Positions 49,799-59,637 of a DNA stretch of 64,000 nucleotides are shown here, in pieces. The stretch is from Calditrichia bacterium. GTDB lineage: Bacteria; Calditrichota; Calditrichia; RBG-13-44-9; J075. The notes below the pieces were generated by a model, which saw only the letters and a program-made list of their open reading frames with translations, ran no database searches and was not told the origin of the DNA. Every line of letters starts with the position of its first letter. Position 1 is the stretch's first letter. The position numbers and the translations under genes were made by a program. The stretch lies in contig JBOEGD010000001.1 of NCBI GenBank assembly GCA_050633245.1, positions 304,883-368,882 of the forward strand. The letters run 5' to 3'.

Positions 49799-52348
49799 AT
49801 GGCAAAATTGAGAATGAATTTCTTTTCTGTGATTGCATTGATTCTTTGCTGCGCTTTGGCAAATAACTTAAATGCACAGACAGTTATATCGGTAGCGGCT
49901 GGCGACAGCACGTTGCGACTGGCCGTTGAAGGTGCTTCTTCAGGTGATATCATTGAATTGGTGACCAGCGGGGGTGTTTATAGTGAGCCGGGCACCGATA
50001 AGGTTGTCATCGATAAAACGCTGACCATTCGCGCCGCAGCCGGTTTGGCGGATATGCCCATTGTGCGCAATACCTTTGGCGGTACGACCAGCGCACGTTT
50101 GTTTGAAATTCGGGATGGCTGTGATCTGCTGACGCTTCAGGGGCTGTTTCTCGATGGCCGTATGGTCGATGGCGGTCCGGTGCATGCCAAGAACGCAGTG
50201 CGCGGGCAAGACATTAACGTGCCCGAAGACTCCATTCGCTTTAGCCTGAAGATTGAAGACTGCGAGATGCGTTACTACACCGAAGCCATCGTGAAGCTGC
50301 ATGCCAATAACTCTGCTGATTCGGTCGTTGTTCGCAACTCTATTTTTGATGAAACCCGCAATGAGGGGATTCTGCTGCGTGAGAATTCCACTGCCGGCGG
50401 TCCAAAGGTCGATAACCTTGATGTGAGCAATACCACCTTTACGCGCATTGGCCGTGAGGCGATCTACATCGAGTTTAGCAATCCGGTTGTGACGATCAAT
50501 CACTGTACCTTCGATTCAATCAGCTGGCGAGAAAACAAACGCATGGTGTATCCACGCGATGTGACTGACGTGACGATAACAAACAGTATTTTTACCAACC
50601 AAGGTGGAACGCAGTCTGCAGCCATTGCCCTGTATGGTAACTCCACGATTTCCTATAGCGATACCTTTCGAATCGCTGGTCTTTCACTAAACGATAATGC
50701 TACGGAAGGCGCGGGCATGCTCGCTGCCAATCCGCTTTATACCGACCCGCTAAATGATGATTACACGCTAAGTGGTTCGTCTCCGGTATTAGGAATGGCC
50801 AATGATGGCCGTGCCATGGGCGATCTTCGCTGGGAGCCGATTACCGATCCTGATCCAATGACTTATCAGGTTGTTGCCGGTGATAGCACGCTGCGAATGG
50901 CTGTAGCTGCCGCAGCTGATGGCGATACGCTTGAGCTGGTGACCAGCGGAGGGATCTATAGCGATTCCGGAACCGATAAAGTCATTATTGACAAAGTATT
51001 GGTGATTCGTGCTCAAGACAGCCTGGCAGCAAAGCCGATTGTGCGCAATACGAATCCGGCAACGACTGCAGCGCGTTTGTTCGAAATTCAGGCAGGCGGC
51101 GAGCTGGTGCTGAATGGCTTATGTCTTGATGGTCGTATGATGGACGGCGGTCCGGCGCATGCCAAGAATGCGGTGCGTTCTCAGGATATAAACGATCCTG
51201 CAGATGCCTTCCGTTTCCAATTGAAAATAGAAGATTGCGAGATGCGCTACTACACCGAGTCTATTGTCAAGGCTCATGCAAATACCGCAGCAGATTCGGT
51301 TATTCTGCGAAACTGCATCCTCGATGAAGCACAACGCGAAGGCATTCTGCTACGCGAAAATACTGCCTCCGGTGGTCCTGATATTGGTTCATTGGAAGTT
51401 ACCAACACTACTTTTACCAAGATTGGTCGGGAAGCGATCTATATTGAGTTCAGTGATCCGGTGGTGCGAATTACTCACTGTACCTTCGACTCTATCAGCT
51501 ATGCTGAAGATAAGCGAGTGCTTTATCCGCGCGATGTGACTGATGTTGAGATCAAAAACTGTATTATTAGCAATCAGGGTGGTTCAATTGGCGCATCCAT
51601 TCGGCTGTATGGCAATTCCACTATTTCCTATACAGACACGTTCAATGTTGGAGGGTTTAGCTTAGAAGGAAATTCGAGCGTTGGCGCGGGCATGCTGGGT
51701 GTTGATCCTGAATATAATGATCCTTCAGTTTACGATTATCGACTCAGCAGCACCTCTCCGGTTCGTGGAGCGGCAGACGATGGCCGGGCCATGGGTGATT
51801 TGCGCTGGGAAGCATTTCCTGCAAACGCAACCTTATCGGTAGCTACAGCTGGAAACGGTTCCGTTACCCTAAACCCGGAAGGTGGCGTGTATGACATTGG
51901 CACGGAAGTTACTTTGACTGCTGTTCCGGATAGTGGCTGGGTCTTTTTTGAGTGGCAAGGTGCACTCTCTGGAAATACCAACCCGGAAGTGCTAACGATT
52001 ACCGAAAATACTACAGTTACTGCCGTGTTTGAGATAGCCACAGGAATTGGGGATGGTGCTTTAGTACCTCATGAATTTGCGGTTAGCCAAAATTATCCGA
52101 ATCCGTTTAATCCGTCTACCACAATCAAGTTTCAGGTTCCACAAGTGAGTTCTGTAAGTCTGGTTGTGTATAATATTCTCGGCCATAGAGTTCGCACGTT
52201 GGTGAATAACAACTTCGAGCCAGGCTACTATAATGTCGTTTGGGATGGTCGAAATGACTCCGGGCAGGCAGTTTCTTCCGGTATGTATATTTACCGCTTT
52301 GAGGCGGAAGACTATCGCTGGACTCAAAAGATGATTATGATGAAATAA
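49799..52348 (+). CDS. Secreted tandem parallel beta-helix (DUF5123-like) protein with bacterial repeat and T9SS CTD
   Basis: Two about 325-aa copies each ending GRAMGDLRWE; TLTAVPDSGWVFFEW repeat; QNYPNPFNP. Confidence 0.8.
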   Translation: MAKLRMNFFSVIALILCCALANNLNAQTVISVAAGDSTLRLAVEGASSGDIIELVTSGGVYSEPGTDKVVIDKTLTIRAAAGLADMPIVRNTFGGTTSARLFEIRDGCDLLTLQGLFLDGRMVDGGPVHAKNAVRGQDINVPEDSIRFSLKIEDCEMRYYTEAIVKLHANNSADSVVVRNSIFDETRNEGILLRENSTAGGPKVDNLDVSNTTFTRIGREAIYIEFSNPVVTINHCTFDSISWRENKRMVYPRDVTDVTITNSIFTNQGGTQSAAIALYGNSTISYSDTFRIAGLSLNDNATEGAGMLAANPLYTDPLNDDYTLSGSSPVLGMANDGRAMGDLRWEPITDPDPMTYQVVAGDSTLRMAVAAAADGDTLELVTSGGIYSDSGTDKVIIDKVLVIRAQDSLAAKPIVRNTNPATTAARLFEIQAGGELVLNGLCLDGRMMDGGPAHAKNAVRSQDINDPADAFRFQLKIEDCEMRYYTESIVKAHANTAADSVILRNCILDEAQREGILLRENTASGGPDIGSLEVTNTTFTKIGREAIYIEFSDPVVRITHCTFDSISYAEDKRVLYPRDVTDVEIKNCIISNQGGSIGASIRLYGNSTISYTDTFNVGGFSLEGNSSVGAGMLGVDPEYNDPSVYDYRLSSTSPVRGAADDGRAMGDLRWEAFPANATLSVATAGNGSVTLNPEGGVYDIGTEVTLTAVPDSGWVFFEWQGALSGNTNPEVLTITENTTVTAVFEIATGIGDGALVPHEFAVSQNYPNPFNPSTTIKFQVPQVSSVSLVVYNILGHRVRTLVNNNFEPGYYNVVWDGRNDSGQAVSSGMYIYRFEAEDYRWTQKMIMMK

Positions 52349-52354
52349 CTTTGA

Positions 52355-52389
52355 CTTTCCGGCAGTGAGCTCTGCTTACTGCCGGAAAG
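52355..52389 (+). terminator. Terminator-like hairpin
   Basis: CTTTCCGGCAGTGAGC...GCTTACTGCCGGAAAG just after the stop codon. Confidence 0.65.
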
Positions 52390-52657
52390 CTTAATAAATC
52401 GTGCACCAGTTCTGCGATCTATCTTCAAAACGTATTAAACCACTTCTCGAAATACTATTCCCTGTATCAGATACTCTTTTTCCAAACTTCTATTTTGAAA
52501 ACACATAGCTTCAGTTGATATTCTTTTTTAACTGTGAAGCGTGAAGGTTTTGCTTATTTTTGTGCTACGCAAGAGAAATTTATTCACCAATCACCGATCA
52601 TAATACATTTCTTTGCTTTTTAGTATTCGTTTATGCCGGCAAGTCTGAGGGAATCGA

Positions 52658-53362
52658 TTGAGGAGTATGATGGACAAAATTCAATATATCGGCAAAGTAC
52701 GATATTTAGGTCGTTTTAATCGATCAGCGGAAGCTTTTTGGACTTGGCTTCGTTTGTGGAACGATTTGCTGGGTGGTTCATTATTTCGACCTGCCAGGAT
52801 TATCCTGTTGATCTGGCTGCTTGGATCAACCATGGGGCTATGGACGACAACAAATATCGTAAACGCCCAGTCGTTAGGGTGGACCGGTTCTGCCTCGGTG
52901 CTATTTGATACCGAATTCTCGAACGGTACCGAAGCAGGACCCGGATTGTCTGGATCAGTAACACTTTTGCCGAATCAGACACTGTCTTACTTCCTGAACG
53001 TAACCGTAGCTCGCACCGATTTTCCGGTAGGCGTGGATGATCTGCACCGGAACTGGGGCATTGCTGCAGTCGGACTACGCCTGGCTCGGTCTGGGGAACG
53101 TCAAAGGGTCGGCATCAGTCTGGGGCTTGGCGCTGTCGTTTTTGATGATGTATCTGAGACCGATCCCGGTTTTCGAAGTAGCGCCAATGCAGAGGAGATG
53201 CTGCAACTTGGCGTAGAAGGGAGCATCCCGCTCAATGAGTCTTTGCACTTGCGTCTTGCGTTGCAGGATATGGTAACGGGCTGGTGGAATGCCATTATCG
53301 ATCCGAGTGAGGGAAACTTGAATCATCGATTTCAGTTGTCTCTGGGAGTCGAATTTCGCTGA
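52658..53362 (+). CDS. Hypothetical outer-membrane beta-barrel-like protein (start uncertain)
   Basis: Amphipathic strands; C-terminal FQLSLGVEFR. Confidence 0.55.
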   Translation: MRSMMDKIQYIGKVRYLGRFNRSAEAFWTWLRLWNDLLGGSLFRPARIILLIWLLGSTMGLWTTTNIVNAQSLGWTGSASVLFDTEFSNGTEAGPGLSGSVTLLPNQTLSYFLNVTVARTDFPVGVDDLHRNWGIAAVGLRLARSGERQRVGISLGLGAVVFDDVSETDPGFRSSANAEEMLQLGVEGSIPLNESLHLRLALQDMVTGWWNAIIDPSEGNLNHRFQLSLGVEFR

Positions 53363-53405
53363 GCGTTTTTGAGCAGAGCAGTCGGGATAACAATCGGAGA
53401 TTAAG

Positions 53406-54272
53406 GTGAAACACAATGTAAAGGACATGCATTTTAAAAAACAAACCGATCCGGATTTGGAGTTTCAAATCCTATCCCTGAATGATTTGTTCCGCCGTAC
53501 TCTGGACCATTCTCTGGATCGTCCACACAGACTGCAGTTTTATTTGATTTTGTTAATAACGAAAGGAACGGGAAAGCATTTTATTGATTTCGAGACCTAT
53601 CACTATGAACCGGGAACGATTTTTTTTATTTCCAAATATCAAATTCAGTATTTTGATGTTCAACCGGAAAACGATGGTTTAATGATTCTCTTTACAGAAG
53701 AGTTTCTATATGAGGCCAAATCAGAGTTGAAGAAGTTGCAGAAATCTACAGCCTTTGATTTTACGTTGTATTCACCTCAGATTTTATTAAAGGGAGAAAA
53801 CAAGGTTGAATTTTTAAGGGCTATTGAAGACATCTCGCTTGAGTATCAAAAGCAAAATGACTTTGCGAAGACAGAGATTCTCCAGTGTCTATTGAAGCTG
53901 TTGATTTTGAAGTCTGAAAGACTTAGAAAAAATGATAATACATCAGAGAATATTTCCTCTGATCTCCGACATTTTATTAAACTGGTTGACGAGAATTATA
54001 CAAGGCGCCACCATGTAGTTGAATACGCCGACATGATGTCCAGGTCACCCAAAACATTGAGTAAAATGACAGTTAAGGTATTCAATAAAACGGCAAAGGA
54101 GTTTATTGATGCCAGGATAATCCTGGAAGCTAAGCGATTACTCACCCACACAACCTTATCGGTAAAGCAGCTTGCATTTCAGTTGGGATTTAGTGAACCG
54201 ACTAATTTTGTAAAGTTTTTCAAAAGCCGAGTTAAAATGTCACCGAAACAGTTTAGAAATTCTCACCAATAA
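53406..54272 (+). CDS. AraC-family transcriptional regulator
   Basis: PHRLQFY cupin; LEAKRLL, LGFSEPTNFVKFFK. Confidence 0.9.
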   Translation: MKHNVKDMHFKKQTDPDLEFQILSLNDLFRRTLDHSLDRPHRLQFYLILLITKGTGKHFIDFETYHYEPGTIFFISKYQIQYFDVQPENDGLMILFTEEFLYEAKSELKKLQKSTAFDFTLYSPQILLKGENKVEFLRAIEDISLEYQKQNDFAKTEILQCLLKLLILKSERLRKNDNTSENISSDLRHFIKLVDENYTRRHHVVEYADMMSRSPKTLSKMTVKVFNKTAKEFIDARIILEAKRLLTHTTLSVKQLAFQLGFSEPTNFVKFFKSRVKMSPKQFRNSHQ

Positions 54273-54426
54273 CACCCTGCCTTTTTACCGATTTTTACCA
54301 TTTTAATCCACTATTTATCTTGATATCTTCCAGTTGTTGCAGAAATTTATCCTAAATTAAGAGCTGATTAACATATTAAACTCAGAATAAAAACTATTTG
54401 CACCAAATCTCATTGGAGGCTTAGAC

Positions 54427-55209
54427 ATGAGCAATCGTAAACAAAATGCTATCAATCTGTACATGGAAGGTATTCGGGATGGTAATGCAAGAGAGGCCGT
54501 TACCAAATATACCGGTGATCGCTATACTCAGCACAGTACCGGAGTGAAGGATGGAATTGAGGGATTTGTTGAGTTCTTTGAGCCCTTTATTGCGCGTAAC
54601 CCAATACGTGATATCCAAATTGTTCGGGCTTTGGAAGATGGCCAATATGTATTTGTTCATGTATATCAGGAGCTCAATAATGGCGATGCGAAGTGGATAA
54701 CAATGGATATGTTCGATACCGATGCGAACGGAAAGATCATTGAACATTGGGATGTTATTGGTTCGGTTGCAGAAACCACAGTTTCCGGCCATAGTCAAAT
54801 TGACGGTCCCACCGAAATTCAGGATTTGGATAAGACAGAAGAAAACAAAGCTATTGTGCGAGGATTCCTCACGGATATTTTGCAAAACGGCAAGTTTGAC
54901 AAGTTAACGGATTATATATCTAAAACGACTTATATCCAGCACAACCCACAAGTGGGCGATGGTCTGGAAGGATTGGCTACATTTGTTGAAGAGTTAGGCA
55001 AAAAAGGGCTCTCTATGCAATATCTCGATGTATTCAAGGTGATCGGTGAGGGCAACTTTGTGGCCAGTTATTCCAAAATGGCGCTTGGCGATGATGAGTA
55101 TGCCGTCTTCGATCTATTTCGTCTGGACAACGGATTGATCGTTGAGCATTGGGATAATATGGAAGTTATTCTGCCTAAAGAGCAGTGGGGAAATAGTGGT
55201 AAGTTCTAA
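54427..55209 (+). CDS. Tandem SnoaL/NTF2-like protein
   Basis: Two repeats YxQH...DGxEG...I[IV]EHWD. Confidence 0.85.
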   Translation: MSNRKQNAINLYMEGIRDGNAREAVTKYTGDRYTQHSTGVKDGIEGFVEFFEPFIARNPIRDIQIVRALEDGQYVFVHVYQELNNGDAKWITMDMFDTDANGKIIEHWDVIGSVAETTVSGHSQIDGPTEIQDLDKTEENKAIVRGFLTDILQNGKFDKLTDYISKTTYIQHNPQVGDGLEGLATFVEELGKKGLSMQYLDVFKVIGEGNFVASYSKMALGDDEYAVFDLFRLDNGLIVEHWDNMEVILPKEQWGNSGKF

Positions 55210-55270
55210 TTTTGAAACGTTTATTTATTGTTCGGGTGCCGATAGTGTTTTTCTATCGGCATTCGGCTCC

Positions 55271-55313
55271 TCGGCTCCGCTCGGGGATCGATATACCCCC
55301 TGAGCGAAGTCGA
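55271..55313. repeat. Inverted REP doublet between convergent genes
   Basis: TCGGCTCCGCTCGGGG...CCCCTGAGCGAAGTCGA with the same GAGCG(G/A)AGTCGA core as 37391. Confidence 0.6.
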
Positions 55314-55377
55314 TTTTGCCGGCGTGGGCAAAACCAGTTGGCAGAATATGTCTCCTTAATGAGCTTAGCTCATTATT

Positions 55378-55686
55378 TTACTTCTCGTAAAAGACCTCAT
55401 AAATGGTGGTGTGTTTTTCTTTTTTCAATAAGAAGTCATCATCTTCCGAATAATACTTTGCAAGCTCAGGGTTATCGCCTGCGAATTTTTTGATGGATTC
55501 TAATGAATCCCAAATGGTTACAAGCAGGAAATGTGCGGTCTTGTTTTCGTCTCTACGTTGAAAATAAAGCTTTAATAACCCATCAACAGCGCTGTAATCC
55601 GGAGCTGCTCTTTCAATCATAAACTGTTCGTACGCGTCAGCCTTTTCAATAGCAACTTCTCCATGCCACAATCTCATAAGAGCCAT
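55378..55686 (-). CDS. Antibiotic-biosynthesis-monooxygenase-like dimeric alpha-beta barrel protein
   Basis: RLWHG, TIWDSLESIKKFAG, AKYYSEDDDFL. Confidence 0.78.
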   Translation of the reverse strand: MALMRLWHGEVAIEKADAYEQFMIERAAPDYSAVDGLLKLYFQRRDENKTAHFLLVTIWDSLESIKKFAGDNPELAKYYSEDDDFLLKKEKHTTIYEVFYEK

Positions 55687-55871
55687 AATATTGCCTCCTG
55701 TTTTTCAAACAAAACGATTTGTTTTCTAGTTTTCAGAGAATATCAAAATCAACGAAACTTCAATTTATTGTGATGTGCCAGATAAGGTAAGTGCATGTAA
55801 GTCTTCAGAAAAGGCTACTTTTTCAAAGATCGACTTTGAAAAGGTCAATTCTCAGCCGATATTATTTCTCA

Positions 55872-55941
55872 ATCGGTGATCGGTGATCGGTGTTTATTAT
55901 TTATCAATTATCAATTATCAATTATCAATTATCAATTATCA
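55872..55941. repeat. Heptamer tandem repeats (ATCGGTG)x3 and (TTATCAA)x5 plus a partial copy
   Basis: Read directly; the array abuts the tRNA 5' end. Confidence 0.9.
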
Positions 55942-56015
55942 GCTCCCTTAGCTCAGTAGGATAGAGCGTTGGATTCCTAATCCAAAGGTCGTGGGTTCGA
56001 ATCCCGCAGGGGGCA
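55942..56015 (+). tRNA. tRNA-Arg (anticodon CCT)
   Basis: Cloverleaf GCTCCCT/AGGGGGC acceptor, GCTC/GAGC D arm, TTGGA-TTCCTAA-TCCAA, GTGGG-TTCGAAT-CCCGC; CCA not encoded. Confidence 0.95.
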
Positions 56016-56425
56016 CAAGTAATGTATGAATTATGATTGTTAAATTATGATGCATATGTTTGGGAAAGAACTCTCGAGAACGTTTGTGAGTTCTCATTTT
56101 ATGTGTCACTTCCTACCACTTAGCTTGTTTTATAAAGACTGTTCATAGCTCTATTCACCGCGAACAAGTCTATATTTTATAGCAAGATGAATGTTATTCC
56201 ATACGGCTTTGCCAAATTGATAGTGAGATCCTCAATTACGGAGTCGTAACCGATGAAGGCGGGATTTACGGCTCCGTCTCCCGGATTTGTTCGTTGACTC
56301 ACTGATACTGACTACTATAAGAGGTAACTTCTTCACAGCAGGAGCTTAGTATGGGGAGAACCCTGTTGTTTTGTCATGTTGAGATTTTCGCTTAATTTCA
56401 GTTCAACAAGAGAGGAAGAAGAATT

Positions 56426-57400
56426 GTGAAAAAGATTAAAAACGACTCGCCGTCTTTTGCGAATTATAATGTCAGCCGTCGGGATTTTATTCGTTTCCTT
56501 ACACTATCAGGCATTTCAGCAACATTCTTTCCATATTTGGCTTTCGGCGACTCCTGTGATCTGACAACCGATGACATTCAGGGGCCGTTCTACAGTCCCG
56601 GTGCTCCGATGCGTACGGTCCTTGCTAGTTCCAATGAACCCGGTAGTCGCCTGTTTATTTCCGGAACGATATATGGAGACGATTGCACAACGCCTTTGGA
56701 AGGGACGATTGTTGACGTGTGGGCTGCCAATGATTCAGGATGCTACGGCCGTTTTGAGTCCTGTACTCCCGCCGGAGATGCGTTTAACCTGCGCGGCCAG
56801 ATGTTGACAAATTCCGCAGGGCAATATGCTTTCGAGACGATTCGACCCGGAGCATACCTCAACGGTAATCAATTCCGCCCACAGCATATTCACCTTCGAT
56901 TTGTATCACCCGGTGGCGTTATTCTTGTTACGCAACTCTACTTTGAGGGAGATCCATATATTGCTGATGATCCCTGGGCATCAAGTCCGGATGCCGTCAA
57001 TCGGATAATTCCTCTGACGCAGCAAACCGATGGCTACCATGGTGTGTTTGATGCGAATTTGGATGAAGAAATAGTGACAGGTATAGACGACCCTGATGAA
57101 CTCTCACCGGATCAGTCTTTCTTACATCAAAATTACCCTAACCCATTTAACGGGCAAACAACCATTCGATATTCATTACCCACAGCGGCACGCGTTCGTT
57201 TGGCTGTTTATGATCAGGCCGGACGAGAAATTACTCGACTTGAAGACATTGTGAAACCAGCGGGTTTTTATACGAGCGCATGGAACGGAGAAAATTATAA
57301 TGGCCGGAGTATGTCCAGCGGTATCTACTATTACCGTTTATCTACTGAAGCTAAAGAGGGTCGGTTTACCCAGACAAGAAAGCTCTTGATGATTAAGTGA
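56426..57400 (+). CDS. Intradiol ring-cleavage dioxygenase domain with Tat signal and T9SS CTD
   Basis: SRRDFI; QGPFY, VDVWAANDSGCY, LRG, TIRPGAY, RPQHIH, TQLYF; QNYPNPFN. Confidence 0.85.
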   Translation: MKKIKNDSPSFANYNVSRRDFIRFLTLSGISATFFPYLAFGDSCDLTTDDIQGPFYSPGAPMRTVLASSNEPGSRLFISGTIYGDDCTTPLEGTIVDVWAANDSGCYGRFESCTPAGDAFNLRGQMLTNSAGQYAFETIRPGAYLNGNQFRPQHIHLRFVSPGGVILVTQLYFEGDPYIADDPWASSPDAVNRIIPLTQQTDGYHGVFDANLDEEIVTGIDDPDELSPDQSFLHQNYPNPFNGQTTIRYSLPTAARVRLAVYDQAGREITRLEDIVKPAGFYTSAWNGENYNGRSMSSGIYYYRLSTEAKEGRFTQTRKLLMIK

Positions 57401-57517
57401 TGGGAATGTCTGGTTGGTTAAATTTTAGAGACGAAAATGTGCACCTGACCGCGCTCCATATAAACTCCATCGAAGTGCACATTTTTGTTGACTAGACTGT
57501 TAAAATGTTTGTCTCAA

Positions 57518-57542
57518 CGCCTAGACTCCGCTCGGCGTGACA
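57518..57542 (-). repeat. REP-like element, copy 2
   Basis: Reverse complement TGTCACGCCGAGCGGAGTCTAGGCG. Confidence 0.7.
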
Positions 57543-57610
57543 TAATTGTTGATATAGATTTCAAACTGTACCTCGTACTGTTGTTTTATGTTCACGCCAA
57601 TCAGGTCTAA

Positions 57611-58477
57611 TCATCTCATCTTATAAATAAGGCCGCCTGCATCGTCAACGATATAGGCAGAGCCTGTCGTGTCGAAGGCAATGCCTTCCTGCTGTGTGCC
57701 GGGGATTCTATAGCACGAGCGAATGTCTCCATTGAGCCCCAGAGAGAATACGGCGTTGCGATTATCGCTTACGGCAAGAAAACCATTCGTTACCGCATCG
57801 TAATGAAGTCCTGAAACGCTGCCAAGCTGCAGCGGGATGCTGCGAATCACGCGCCCGGTGCTTCCGTTACTTTGGTCCTTGATTGGAAGTTCAACTTCAA
57901 AAATAGCCGAGGGATTATCCGGATCATCGATTAAGCTGCTCTTGTTAGCCAGATAAAAAACACCGCCCTGAACATGTTGGCTGTCCGGTCTGAACGTAAT
58001 TCCTTCAATTGCAAGTGCCTCAGAATTAATTACCGGCGAGCCGCTCAGGGTCCAGTCAATAAGATATTCTTCCTCAACGTCAAAATTCCCCGGATCAACT
58101 TCCAGAACCAGACTTTCATCTTCGATGACGATATAGAGAAGGCCAGTGGAAGGATCAACCGTTATTCCTTCGAAATCTGCCTGTCGAACTTGCTCACGGT
58201 CCACCGTGGTTCCATCGAGAGCAACCTCGACGACATCGCCTTCATCTTCAACCACATATAGTGTATTTCGAATTTCGTGAAATACGATTCCGGATGGTTC
58301 TGATAGATTGGTCGGGCGAATTTCATCTACAATAGTAAAAATGTTGGGCGCAGCGCAATCTGCTCCACGGTCTTCCGGATCGTTCCCCGATTTACAGCTG
58401 GAAATCAGAATTAAGAAGAGAGAGGTGAGTAACAGTAGATGCGGTTTTATAAAACCAGTGCGAGAAGGAGAGTGCAT
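57611..58477 (-). CDS. SdiA-regulated-like beta-propeller lipoprotein
   Basis: EPSGI, DFEGIT, IEGIT, VSGL, QQEGIAFD repeats; ISSC lipobox; start uncertain. Confidence 0.75.
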   Translation of the reverse strand: MHSPSRTGFIKPHLLLLTSLFLILISSCKSGNDPEDRGADCAAPNIFTIVDEIRPTNLSEPSGIVFHEIRNTLYVVEDEGDVVEVALDGTTVDREQVRQADFEGITVDPSTGLLYIVIEDESLVLEVDPGNFDVEEEYLIDWTLSGSPVINSEALAIEGITFRPDSQHVQGGVFYLANKSSLIDDPDNPSAIFEVELPIKDQSNGSTGRVIRSIPLQLGSVSGLHYDAVTNGFLAVSDNRNAVFSLGLNGDIRSCYRIPGTQQEGIAFDTTGSAYIVDDAGGLIYKMR

Positions 58478-58681
58478 GATTAAGGTCTTTACGCTTAAAG
58501 TTCGATTATTTGAAAAGCACCACGTCGTATCGGATATCGATTGAATGTAGTACATTGTCTGAAATTGATTGATGAATGTAAGCTAAAGACACTCGAATCA
58601 CAACTTATCCAGAGGTGTGGGGATTCAGCGTCATTATTAATCTGATAAAGCTTTAATTGTTTATTCAACCCAAGGCATCTG

Positions 58682-59533
58682 ATGGCATCTTCCAAAAAGA
58701 TTACGTTTAAGATTCTAGAGCAGTTCATTCAGCCCAAAACCGGTGATATGAAAAACTGTGAAGATCGCGTACATATTAGCGAGAATTATGTTGCAGTGAT
58801 TGACGGAACGACCTCTCGGACGAATAGAAAGTGGCGACGTGAGACCGGCGGTCAGCTGGTTGCGCGGGTAATTGACGAGTCGCTGCATTTACTAAATAGC
58901 AAGGCCAATGCTTTTGAAGCAGTGGAATTCATAACATCCCGAGTCGATGATGCGTTTAAAAATGTCGGTTTGACTGAGGCCATTGCATCAGGAAAAGTTG
59001 AAACGCCATCAGCATCATTTTGTGCGCTGAGCTTGTCGCGTCGTGAGCTGTGGTCGGTCGGTGATTGTCGCTATCGCATAGGTGGGAATATTTACATGCC
59101 TGAAAAATATCTCGATACGCTATTGGCGGAGGTAAGAGCTCTGCGGCTGGAGATTGCCCTGAAAGACGGAGCAACTATTGAAGAACTACGCGAGAAAGAT
59201 TCGGGACGTAGATTTATTCTGCCGCTATTGAAAAAAATGAGCATGTTCTCGAATCGGAAGGTGGAGCCCTATGGCTATCCTGTAATCAATGGTTTGCCGG
59301 TTCTGGAGCAAGATATTCATATTCGCAACGTGCCGAAGAAAACGAAATCGATTATTCTCGCATCGGATGGTTATCCTGCCTTGAAGAAGTCTTTGAAGAA
59401 AGCAGAAGCTCACCTGCAAAAGCTGCTGGCAAGGGATCCACTATTATTTCGCGATCTTAAATCGACAAAGGGAGTTATTAAGGGAAACCTCTCGTTTGAT
59501 GATAGAAGCTGGATCAAGATACGGCTTAGGTGA
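58682..59533 (+). CDS. PP2C-like phosphatase-fold protein
   Basis: CEDR, VIDG, VGDC, ASDG, FDDRS metal-binding motifs in PP2C order. Confidence 0.7.
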   Translation: MASSKKITFKILEQFIQPKTGDMKNCEDRVHISENYVAVIDGTTSRTNRKWRRETGGQLVARVIDESLHLLNSKANAFEAVEFITSRVDDAFKNVGLTEAIASGKVETPSASFCALSLSRRELWSVGDCRYRIGGNIYMPEKYLDTLLAEVRALRLEIALKDGATIEELREKDSGRRFILPLLKKMSMFSNRKVEPYGYPVINGLPVLEQDIHIRNVPKKTKSIILASDGYPALKKSLKKAEAHLQKLLARDPLLFRDLKSTKGVIKGNLSFDDRSWIKIRLR

Positions 59534-59637
59534 TGATTTTTCCTGTCCATCCTTACCATACCATCCATATTGGAACGGTTGACAAGCTTTTGCCGAATAG
59601 AGCGGAATAGTCATGAAGCCTTCATTGAGTCGGCGAT

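Noticed and set aside
56238-56283. 12-bp hairpin whose loop (CGGGA) could pair with downstream TCCCG as a pseudoknot or ribozyme
   Set aside because: Only 1 nt links the stems, which is sterically implausible; no ribozyme consensus recognised. The plain hairpin is real but unexplained
55942-57600. tRNA-anchored genomic island
   Set aside because: No integrase and no duplicated tRNA 3' end noticed in the window
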